A stretch of 64,000 nt of DNA from Asterias rubens (lineage: Eukaryota), in the NCBI RefSeq assembly GCF_902459465.1, contig NC_047070.1, positions 11,160,001-11,224,000 of the forward strand. The letters run 5' to 3'. The translations under genes were made by a program, and so were the position numbers. The notes under the pieces were generated by a model. The model ran no database searches. It was not told where the DNA came from and saw nothing but the letters and a program-made list of their open reading frames with translations. Position 1 is the first letter of the stretch. Each line of letters begins with the position of its first letter. This document shows, one piece after another, positions 1 to 12,000 of the stretch.

Positions 1-310
1 TATTTTCGCTTAACGTGGCAAAAATAATTGCTTAAAACCATTCGGATTCCATGCTAAACGTACACGAGCTTAAGCACGTAAACAATCTGCGCGCGGAGAT
101 TTTAGATCGTTTGCTTTTAAAAGCAAAACAGAAGAAAGCAGTGTATTTTGCACTGTGTGCATGGCCTAGGGCTGCTTAACGGTAAGCAAATATGTTGGCT
201 TAACGTAGCAACAAAAATTGCTTAAGCGTAAACCTATTTCACCAGCGGTTGCTAGCTTAAGCACGTAAACAAACTGCGCGCGCAACATTTTAGATCGTTT
301 GCTTAAGCGA
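1..310. repeat. Two diverged ~190-bp tandem units rich in gcttaa(g/c) motifs, cut by the window edge
   Basis: gcttaagcacgtaaacaa.ctgcgcgc...attttagatcgtttgctt occurs at ~68-118 and ~256-305; gcttaacgt.gcaa occurs at ~8 and ~198. Confidence 0.6.
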
Positions 311-1563
311 AAAAGAAAAAGGTGCTGACAAAATGGTGGACGAAATAAATGCGGAGTGCACTCGAGTGGCGATAAAAAAATTCATCACCTTCTGTGTCTG
401 ATATGTATTATTTGTAATGGTTCAAAGTGCCCCTCGAAGATAATACATTGTACAGCATGATTCTGAACATTTTAGACACTCGTTTATTCGCTACACCTAC
501 CATACAAACGCACGTACAATCACCGCTGTGCCGGCACAACAACATCGTTTGCAAAGTTACACCCCCAAAAATGAATTTATCATGTTTGCCCCAAACAACA
601 ATGACCTTTAAAGTTTATGTTGCGGTTTTTTAGAATTATGACAAAAAGTCTCAAGCTGTGCCTTGACCTGATTGTTGCAATTATTTGAGTAGCTCCCCGT
701 GGCTTTCACGTAGTCTTGACTTCAAGTAGTTTCTATTATTGAATGTTGCAATGCATATCATGCTTTCTTTCTGTGTTCTGAGTGCTGAATATACTGTTGA
801 CACATGTCTGTGGTGATCCAAATCCCAAAATAATTACAGACGACAGGGAAATGTATTATCAAGCAAATCATGTTTATCCACCAGAACGTTCGATGTGGCA
901 GAAAATTCAGTGTACAAACTTCCGAACAGTAGGCCCCACTCTTCTTTTGAATCATCCACATCCAGCCCACCTATACAGTACTTAATTCCCGTATACGGGG
1001 GACAGCTTTCCGGCGGACAGATTTCACTGGGACACACCAGCATCGCGATAATTCTAGAAAAGCTGCCTGCGAAATGGGATAAGGGTCGCTGTTAAGGAGA
1101 AGTGGAAAGAAATCGAGTTTTGGTCTCATTGAATTTTAAATACTATTTTGCTGCCCAAGGTGCCTAAGTTGAAAGAATGTCCAACAAGCTGACTCAAAGA
1201 AGGAGAGCTGTTCCTCGCCGACAACACAACATTAATGTCTACCTCGATGGAAGGCTATTTTAGTTTGGAATAGGAATCATTATCAAACAAAGAAATGGTT
1301 TGATGAGAAGTATGTACTATTTTAACCAAATAAAAATTAAAAAATAGTTAATGGCCTGACGTTTCGACCCTAGGTAGGCCATTAACTATTTTTTGCATTT
1401 ATACTCTCGGTCCATTTGGTTGGTAAGTTGTTTGCAACAGCTAATTCTATTTTCTCAAATAAAAGTTAAACAGTCTGTTGTTGTTTAAAATACTGAGATA
1501 GTCTAAACGAGAATTTTACTTTGGGTTTAATATTATTTGGGGCTGCCACGTCACAAGTATTAA

Positions 1564-1949
1564 AGGCAGTGGACACTATTGGTAATTACTCAAAATAATT
1601 ATCAGCATAAAATCTCACTTGGTTACGAGTAATGGGGAGAGGTTGATAATAGTATAAAACATTGTGAGAAACGGCTCCCTCTGAAGTGACGTAGTTTTTG
1701 AGAAAGAGGTAATTTTCCACCAGTTTGATTTCAAGACCTCAAGTTTAGAACTTGAGGTCTCGAAATCAAGCATCTGAAAGCACACAACTTCGTGTGACAA
1801 GGGTGTTTTTTTTTCTTTCATTAATATCTCGCAACTCCGACGACCAATCGAGCTCAAATTTTGACAGGTTTGTTATTTTATGCATAATATTGAGATACAC
1901 CAAGTGAGAAGACTGGTCTTTGGACAATTACCAATAGTGTCCACTGCCT
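1564..1949. mobile_element. TTAA-flanked MITE family A (Kolobok-like AGG...CCT termini), full copy
   Basis: TIR aggcagtggacactattggtaatt / aattaccaatagtgtccactgcct with TTAA on both sides. Same family recurs at 7844, 16298, 26957, 28573, 36630 and 58422. Confidence 0.85.
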
Positions 1950-1953
1950 TTAA

Positions 1954-2170
1954 GGTCTTCTTCTTATCGTGTCCACACAGTATGCTTAAGCCAGAACTTG
2001 GACACGGCTTCGATACATCGTTGTACTCTACAAGATCCTCAGCTCTCTGCATTCTTGCTCCAGTAGGGGGCATCTCAGGAGGTGCTCTTTAGTTTCTTAC
2101 ATATCAGGTCACGTCTTCAGAGTATCCCCACTTCTTGAGAGACACTTTGCACCGGCCAGTTTGATGTTTT
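1954..2170 (-). mobile_element. 3' fragment of an RTE-X-like non-LTR retrotransposon
   Basis: Minus-strand translation with lesions reads TGRCKVSLKKWGYSEDVT...ETKEHLLRCPLLEQECRAEDLVEYN, ending in tggacacgat(aag)n, which is the typical RTE-X C-terminal zinc-knuckle-like region and tail. Confidence 0.6.
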
Positions 2171-3057
2171 GAGTGCCACAAAAGGTACAATAGTCGAGCT
2201 TATTTTTATGCGGAACTTTTTACATCATTGTTGACTTGGCATGTTTAGATTTGGAGGTCACTACTGCAGAATTCGGCGGCAGGTTGTGGATATGCTACTT
2301 CCTGATGGGCGCATGGTGGTACTACAAAATCGTCACAGCAACAAATTTACTACGAAAAGAGAGCCGGTGGGCTTTTCTATGATGGGGTAAAACTCGTTAA
2401 AATTTAGTATTATTCAGCGGGTGATTCGACCATGGTCTTATTATCTCTCAGATTTGACTTCAAATCATTTTTCGGCGGCAGATGTGGCGCGCTGTGCGTC
2501 AACTTGGTCGTGGGAAAATCTCCACATTGCTACTTGAATGTCATTATTTTATGGTATATATATTATAGAAGGCACGAAGCCGCCGAAAAACTTTATTTTT
2601 CGGATGCCATGCCAGGAAAAGTCAGATTCAAACTGTCATTCTCTCGCATGCTTTTTACCAAACATACCACTTTTTAACCCTTTTTTGGCGGCTTCGTGGC
2701 TTCTGCTGCTGTGTGTTGGTGTGTAGCCCCATGGTAGCCCCAAGCGCGTAATTTTGTGGCTGTATAGTAACCCTACTTCCTGTACCATTATATTATGTAG
2801 CGGCTGTTATAATGCGTTGCAAGATGCATAACAACGGACAAAATGCTGCATGTTAGCCTCTTAGGCAGTTTTAGAACAAAGAATTATGGTGATAAAGACC
2901 CAATATCTCATAGTTCATGATACTGCTTTTCCACAGAATCTTTGTTGTACTGCGCCGAGCATACTTGAAAGCGAGATGGGCCGTAGTAGTACCAAAAACT
3001 CTCCGCACTTTAGAAACATTCTGGACTCCTGAGGGCGCTACATAATCAAAAAACAAA

Positions 3058-6000
3058 ATGGCAGCGCCCGTAAGTCCGAATGTGGTGGTGAAATGGAATG
3101 GTAAAGAATACACGATTTCGGATATTAATGACACTGATACTGTGCACGATTTGAAATGTATGATCTCAAAGCAGACTGGAGTACTTCCAGAGAGACAGAA
3201 ACTCATCGGCTTGAAACTTAAAGGTATTGAATCAATGTCAGAAAATTTTCCGTATGGCGCCACCACTTATCATTCGATATAATTATTCAATTGTACATGT
3301 ACATGAAATGTACATTGTAGGTCAAGGGGATAAGGGGTGGATTTCACAAAGGTAGTCCTAACTTAGGACTAGTCCTAGGCAATGCTAAGAGATAGGACCA
3401 GTCCTAAGTTAGGATGAGTTACTGGTCTTAACTTAGGACCAGTCCTATCTCTTAAAAGTCTTAGCATTGCCTAGGAGTAGGACTAGTCCTAAGTTAGGAC
3501 TACCTTTGTGAAATCCACCTCTGGAACAGTATCCAATTTACCTTACAATGAGACGCCTTTTTGTTTTTGTAAGAGTGAGTCAAAAAGTGGTGGCGCCATT
3601 CGGAAAATTATTCCTTTTTATTTAATAATGGTATTACCATTCTTAACTTTTGACTTGTTGTCCTGACGAGTACGGGTCCTTCCTTTGTATTTCTGTTGTA
3701 TTTATTGTGTATACTATTGCAATGCAACGTGCAAGTATACTTACTTAGTTAATATGTAGTTCTACTATACTACTAGAAACTATTAAATATATTTGTAGAA
3801 AGGTTAAGGAGTAAACATTTCGAGCTTTAAAAAAACTGTACATGTTTTCAAATTGTCATTGATTGATCAACATTTTCTGGTCTTTAACAAAGAAGTTTTG
3901 TTTGTACATGTACACACCTGAAAATTTCCTGACACACTGTACACACTGTACAAGTTCACAATGGATGGCAAACCTGAATGGTTGGACCAACCATTCTGTG
4001 AAAAGGGGAGTAACAAGGCTTCCTGGCCCACACTTTATTTGTGCACTATGTGGAACAGTGCCTGTGCGGCCCGAATCTCCATAATACAGAGCCCATCCAA
4101 GGTATTTTCTAACGGTCCTCTCTTAAAATGGTTGGTCCAACCATTCGAGTTCATCATCATGCGTTGAATGTGTGTTTGCAGCAAAAACATGTAATACATC
4201 TTTTGAAGATATTTTTGAATACAGTGTAGAAATATAACATTAATAATTCAAACTCAAAGATGTACTTTTTGATATATTTTTTGTTTTGGTCGTACCATGC
4301 CATAGTTGCGATACCTAACCCTCTTCCCGACGGCAAAGGAAGGAGGACTATGTTATTGCAACTAACTATGACACTAAGTAAAAAACATCCAGAGCTTCTC
4401 TTAAAATATTACTTACTGAGGCGCACTAGTTTTTGAGAAATGAGTAAAACAATTTTCACAGAAATAATTGTTGTCGCAGTGAGACAAATTTTTGTAAAAA
4501 AGCATTTATAGATTTACAGAAATCATTGGTCTGTGATTTTTCCTTTTTTCCCCAAAATTGTATTACTCATGAAGTTGAAGTTCCTACTGATAAATTATAT
4601 TACGAACATCTTCATTCAAGTGAGTAGTGATTCATGTCATGGCCAAAAACCTGATCAACAAAAGGTATCAAAACCCTTCAAGGATGACAACTAAAAAGTT
4701 TCTTTTCTTCTGAAAAATTTTGTTTGCAGGTAAGGTGCCAGCAGATGACACCCTGATGTCGGTGCTGCAGCTGAAGGCCAAGACCAAGCTAATGATGGTC
4801 GGGACGAGGGAAGAAACGATAGCGGCTGCCAATGAGAAACCTAAAGACATGGATGAAGTAATTGATGATTTTGATGTGGAAGAAGACGACATCCAAACAG
4901 AGAAGAGGTATGAAACTCAAAGGGCACAGACATTTCAAATGTTTCAGGGATGTGATTTCTCCGTTTTAATAATAATAATAATAATAATAAACCGTTTTTA
5001 TAAAGCGCATTAGGCCAAGTAAAAAAAAAAAAACATGTTTCGCGTCCCCGCCCGCTTCCTTTTTACAGGCCGCCTCCTTTTTTATTTTATTTTCTATGCC
5101 CATTTTTTTATGCACTTTTTTTATTATTTTTTTTTATTTTTTTTTTAAATAGGGTTATTTTAAATGATCTCAGCAAAAACAATCTGAAATGTCTTGTCTG
5201 AATGCCTCGACTAAATTGTTTCATTTATGTTTTGTTTATTTCAGCAGTAGAAAAAAACAATGGATATTTGACATTTTAACAAAGAATGGCGGCCATCTTG
5301 AAATAAAAAATAAAAAGCCCCTCTTCCTCCTTTTTTTGAAAAACCCGGACGTGAAACATGTTTGTTTTTTTTACTCGGCCTTACACACAGAGTCCCAATG
5401 GGATGTACAGTACAAAGTCAAAAGAGAACAAACAAACACAATTAGTTAGAGTTCAACAAAAGAGTTTTGAGAAGGCGTTTGAATTGTCATCCAGAGTTTA
5501 TGCCTATTTGATGTTGCGGGGGAGTTTGTTCCAAAGCGTAGGAGAAGACGTAGAAAATGCACGTTGGCCGTATGACTTTGTTGAAGCCGATGAACAGGCA
5601 ATAATAATAATAATAATAAGACTTGTAATGCGCACATATCCACCCTGCTGGGTGTTCAAGGCGCAGTAAAAACAAAAACAAAACAAAAACAAAATACAAC
5701 ACAAAGAAAAACAGACACAACAAAATTAGTCATTGAAAACCTGTGACATAAGATAAGTTTTGAGAAGAGACTTGAATTTTGCGGTACAAACACAAGATGG
5801 AAGGTTAAGTGGTAGAGAGTTCCAGATGCGTGGCGCGGCTAAAAAAAAGACCTGTCACCCCATGAGTGTCGAGACTTGGGTTCAATGAGGAGAAGCATGG
5901 AACTTGATCGAAGATTCCTTGATGGAGTGTAAACTTGAAGTAGTTCAGAAATATAGTGGGGAGCCTTGCCATTTAGAGCTTTGTGGACAATGAGCATCAG

Positions 6001-9000
6001 CTTGAAGATGATTCGTTGAGAGATAGGGAGCCAGTGTAGTTGTTTCAGAATGGGGGTGATAGAACAGGATTTTCTAGACAGTGTCACAATGCGGGCAGCA
6101 GTATTTTGGAGCCGTTGAAGTCGGGAAATCTGGTTGTTAGGAAGACTGTAGAGAAGAGCATTGCCGTTGTCAAGACGAGAAGTAACAAATGCGTGAATGA
6201 CCTTTTCAGTGGCACTTTTGTCCAAGTACTTGCGGATCTTACCTATATTCCTGATGTGATATGATGATAAATGAACAATATTGTTGATGTGTGGCTGAAG
6301 TGTCATCGATGAATCAAAAATAAGGCAAGTAGAGATTGTGATTGGGAGCGGAGATTTCTGGAAGGCTGATATTTGTGAATAAGTTCTTGAAAATATGTTG
6401 GTGCGTAGCCATGGACACAGCTACGTGTATACAATGTAGGTCAGAAGAAGGGTTTAACCCGGAAATCATTTATTTTGTCTATACCCCCCCCCCCAAAAAA
6501 AATAACAGTTTGTATTTTATATTTTGATGTTACAGTTAAGATCATAAAGACATGAAGACCAAAACTAAATGTATATGAAATGCCTTGAAGATTGCATAGT
6601 AGGGTTAAACCAAAGATAAATGCACCGGTACTGGTTTCACCCTTACACTGGATGGTGTTAGCACTGGACACGATGCAAGCTTTTGTGATCGCAAGCTTTC
6701 ACGCTTTGTGCTCACAGTTCAGGTTTTTTGTCAACAGCCTATCACATCCCCCCTCCCCCCCCCCTGCGTTTAAGATGATGTTGTTTCAGTCTTGCTAGCC
6801 CCATAACCTAAGGCCAATCCACTCCATATTCGTGGCGCCAGCACCAACGAAACCTTTTTTTGTGCCACCTGATTCGCGTCGTTCTTGATCAAGAAACTTA
6901 CAAATGGAATGCAACTGTACTTGTAGCAAGCCCTACTGCTGGAATTCAAATAAAAAACATTACACATTTTGAGGGAAAAGAAACATCCGTATTAATTTAG
7001 CCCTCTATAAATGTTGTAATAGTTAATATTATTTTTATTCAGCCAGGAGGTTTGGTTGGTACGTAGGTTTCGAATCCACGACTCCAAGTTTTCTAGATCA
7101 GAGCCTAATTTACTGTGTGGGGATTCACTCTTGTGCAGCTTGAGCGCCTTAATTTGGTGGATTTTGTCGCCTTACAAATACTCTATACTTTTGTAAAGCT
7201 GCTTAGGCATAAAATTTTGCTGAACACTTTTCTGCTGAGCCAATAAAATGTGCCTTTAGAATCATGAAATTAGGCCTAGATGTCACCTTGCTCTTTCAAA
7301 AGTGTTACAAAAGATTAGAACATTTTTTTTTATATATTCCACTCAATTTGAGTTCAATTTGATTTTCTTTCATTTGCAGAGAGGAATTCTTGGAGAAAAT
7401 TCAACGTAGAGTCAAAGACTATGAAATTAAAGTTTTGAATGAACCACGACCCGATAAGAAACTTCTGGTGCTTGATATTGACTACACATTATTTGGTAAG
7501 AACCTAACAGTAATAAGTTCTAAAATATTTATCCCCCAGGTTGATTGAGTCTTTATATCTGGTTTTACCCTTACACTTGATTGTATTAGCACTGTACACT
7601 CAGCTCTTTTGAGGGTGGAGGGTTCGAATCCCACCCCAAGTAAAATGCCTGTAATTTTGTCCTTCTTCACAGGACTCAGGAAGGTGCTGATTGTACAGGG
7701 CTTACCCATATCAGTGTAAAGGTAAAAAAAAAAAATTGTTTTCCTAAATCAAAGGTTTGCTCGAAGGTGCTGAGGCACAGAGCAAATAAATAAGTCTTTG
7801 ATGGTAGGTCTCCTCAAACAAGTGGGCTTTCAGAAATGTCTAAAAGATACTGGACACTATTGGTAATTGTCAAAGACCAGTCTTCTCACTTGGTGTTTCT
7901 TAACATTTTATATGCACAAAATAACACACTTGTGAAAATTTGAACTCAATTGGCCGTCAAAGTTGTAAGATAATAATGGACAACACACCCTTGTCACACG
8001 AAGTTGTGCGCTTTCAGATGCTCGATTTCGGGACCCCAAAATCTAATTTTGAGGTCTCAAAATCAAATTCATGGACAATTACTACTTTCTTGAAAACTAC
8101 GTTACTTCAGAGGGAGCCGTTTCTCACAATGTTTTATGCTATCAACGGCTCCCCAATACTCAATACCAAGTAAGGTTTTATGCTAATAATTATTTTGAGT
8201 GATTAACAACAGTGTTCACTGCCTTTAAAGTGGGACTCTGCGGTCTGATTCATTTAAAACTGCTTGGCCACAAAACCACACTGCTGTATGTGGGGTATCA
8301 ATCTAATGTACATTAAGCTTGGATGAAACCTCGATATTATCAAATGGCGCGATGCTAATTTGGAAACGATTTCAATATCGGATCGATGTGGTTCTAATAT
8401 GGAAAATTGATATATCGCAATAGCGATTAAGTATCAGATATCGATTAAGTATCGCGATATCGATTAAGTATTGCGATGTATTTCCTAGCCGAGACATCTC
8501 GCACCCCATAGGTTTGGAGTAAAGCCAGAAGAATAGGTCATTAGAACACCTCTCTGATGAAATGACTGTCTCTTCTACAACTTTCATTGGGAGTTTGAAG
8601 CAGACTGATGATGTCAAATTTAATTAATCGCATTTATATCGAATATCGAATTTTGATTTTTGAGAGGGCAAGGACATTTTCGTTTTGATAGGGCACGTTT
8701 TTCAATCGGAAAATCTCAAAGTCTAAGGAAAATCTTTGAAGTCCAAGACCAGGGGAATGGAGGTCATGGTGGCCTCTGTGTTTTTCAAGGTCTTCTGTGG
8801 GGTCAATGCAGTCTAGTACAACGAAGATTAGCCACAGGTGTACATGGACCCAGGAATAATAATTTGGGTACCTGGTATGCTGTGTCCTGGCCGTGTGGTC
8901 AAATGCACCTTACTCGAGCTCTGGTGTTTCTGGATCAGCAGATCAGCTGGTCTGGCTGCAATATGTTATGGTTTCATGAAATCATTGTTGTGACAAGCTC

Positions 9001-12000
9001 CACCAAATTTGATTTTTCGGCGTTTACAGACATGGCCCCTTATAACTTTCCACTTTTATTTTATTTGCTAAATTTTATCTCTGATGTTCCAAATCTCCTT
9101 GTTATTTGTTTCAGACCACAGATCTGTAGCTGAACATGCCCTGGAGCTAAAGAGACCTTATCTTCATGAGTTTCTTACATCTGCATATAAGAACTATGAC
9201 ATCGTTATCTGGTGTAAGTACAAGGGGAAAGCGAGAGACACTACTATCTTCAATATGCTTTATCCTTGTTAACCGTAACACCTGCAGCCGATTTCACGAA
9301 ACACCAAGATCAGACCGATCTCGAGTTAGGACGAGTAACCTGTTTTAACTAAGGATGGGTATAATGGGCCCTAATGCTTCGGATGCGGAACTGAGCTCGT
9401 CCTAAGTCTCTAAGCTTAGTAGAGTTTAGTGAAACTGATGGCAGGTATCTTTGGCTCAAGGCCCTTCCATATCCTCCAATTTAATAATAGTTCTGTAGGA
9501 TTTGAAACTTTGCATGGTTGACAGGGATAAAGCATATTGGCTCTGGTAATAAGCAGTTGTCCTTTTGGGACTGCAGTATGATATTGTGCTGTGGCTGACT
9601 TATCTCCATTCCTGGAATTGTTGCCCTTGGTGCTAGCCATGCCCTTTGCTGAATTATTATGGCCTTGCCCTTTCACAGATGAAATTCCAGGCCTGGGTCT
9701 CTAGAGCATCGAACCCAAGTTTTGGTGGCTGAGTCATCAGAGTATGGGTTCATATCCTGGTCATGACTCTTGTGTTCTTGCCCAACACACTTTACTGTAA
9801 TTGCTTCTCGTCATCCGGAGTGAACGGGCTGCCTATTTGATTGCCGGTGCTGCATACTCCTAAGGAGTTGAGATGGTTTCAGGAATGCTTCAGACCATTC
9901 AACAGGGTCAGTAATAGCATAAGGTGCTTTGATACAACATTCATAAATACCTAAGACAGTTAATCCATTCTGATTGGTCGAGAGGGCATCACGAGGGGTT
10001 GTTTGAACGGATGATATAACACCAGTAAAAAGTGTCGAGCTTGCACCTGTGCTTATAAGACAGTTTCTTTATTCTTATTCGTCGAGAGCAACGGTCGGGA
10101 CAGTTGTGCCACATCACTTGATACGCGCTACGCGCACAGCAATCTCCTTACCATTTCATAGCTGGAGGGGTGTTGTGTTGAAAGAAATTATTGAACAATT
10201 ATAATTTCTCATTTGTTTTACTTTTTGAACAAAAAGTGATGATGTGAACGGTATTTATGAATGGGAATCAAAGTGTGTTCAAGAGGTTTTCAACTAATGG
10301 TTGAAACCCGCCAAGGCCTGGTTCTTGATAATTTACCTCAACTTCTTCTTGGTAAAATCATCAAGAGGCAGGCCTCGTCGGGTTGAAACCACTAGTTGAA
10401 AACCTCTTCATCATACATTGATTCCCTTATTTAAAAAGTGCTCCATAAGTGCCTTTTATTAACCAACCACAGGCCTCCTCTGAGGAGAACCAATCAAAGC
10501 AGTGACTGACTCTACACTGAAACCTCTGAACTCTTATAAATAGGCCCACTTCTCCCACATTTCATCAGTCTCCTGACGATGACTAAAGCAAGCTAGTCGG
10601 AACATTGAGACCAATTAAGAACTCACTCTGTGGTAATATAAGTTAACAAAACAATCCACTCAAGAAGCTAAAACAGTAGTCCTGGCCGATTTTTTACCCT
10701 CCGCCCAGGTACGTAGTATTTACAAAGCAGTTCTTTTCAGAACTTTTTAGAATTCCAAAAGTCTACTTTAGTAGAATATAAAGCAAGACATTTCTCTAAA
10801 GAACAAAATCTACCTCGTAAGTAGATACATACATGGTGTTATCNNNNNNNNNNNNNNNNNNNNNNNNNNNNNNNNNNNNNNNNNNNNNNNNNNNNNNNNN
10901 NNNNNNNNNNNNNNNNNNNNNNNNNNNNNNNNNNNNNNNNNNNNNNNNNNNNNNNNNNNNNNNNNNNNNNNNNNNNNNNNNNNNNNNNNNNNNNNNNNNN
11001 NNNNNNNNNNNNNNNNNNNNNNNNNNNNNNNNNNNNNNNNNNNNNNNNNNNNNNNNNNNNNNNNNNNNNNNNNNNNNNNNNNNNNNNNNNNNNNNNNNNN
11101 NNNNNNNNNNNNNNNNNNNNNNNNNNNNNNNNNNNNNNNNNNNNNNNNNNNNNNNNNNNNNNNNNNNNNNNNNGGAACTCAACGACAAAATTTATTCTAG
11201 TCATTGTGAAATCAGCGATTAGCTAGGGGATTCGAAACCCACAACTTTGTGATTGCAAGTCCTGCAATCTTGATACTTCAACATGCAATGCCTCAAATCC
11301 CAGATTAATCATATTATTATAATGGTGTCTTTGTTCCTATCAGCTGCCACCAGCATGAAGTGGATTGAGGTGAAGATGAAAGAGTTAGGAGTGAGCTCTC
11401 ACACGGACTACAAGCTGACATTCATGGTGGACAGTAGCGCCTGCATCTCGGTACAAACTCCCAAGTATGGTATGGTGGATGTAAGTAAATTAATAATAAC
11501 AATTTCAGTGACAATGTTTATAGCGTCCATCCATGAAACATGCTCCCGGATGCTGAAACACATCCATACAGTTGGAGAAAATACAGTTAAAATGTATACA
11601 AATTCCTATTTGTGGAGAGCTCGTCATGTGGGGGTGTTTAAACCTTTGATAATGACCAGTGTTTATAACCGGTTGAGAGCTGGACAGTTTCTTCATTCCT
11701 ATTGGTCGAGAGCATTGGCTGGAACAGTTGTGCCACATCATGGGATATGCACGACGCGTACAGCAATCTCCTTATAAGGAGTTGTTTACCCAAGGGCCTT
11801 ACCATTTTGATAGCTGGAGGGGTGTTGTGTTGAAAGAAATCATTGAACAGTTATAATTTTTGCATTTATTTTTATTTTTTGGACTAAAAGTTTTGATGTT
11901 TTTTGACCGAAAAGGTATTTATGAATGTTGAATCGGTTTTCAACTAGTGCTTTAAACCCGCCGAGGCCTGGTTCTTGATAATTTACCTCGACTTTGTTGG

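Noticed and set aside
427-1300. Short ORFs upstream of UBLCP1
   Set aside because: No recognisable motifs or consistent splice structure; cannot be supported as coding.
10796-11222. ORFs of 121-130 aa
   Set aside because: Artefacts of reading through the 330-N gap.
11283-11777. 164-aa single-exon ORF
   Set aside because: Only 11344-11480 is UBLCP1 exon 5; the rest is intron and repeat read-through.
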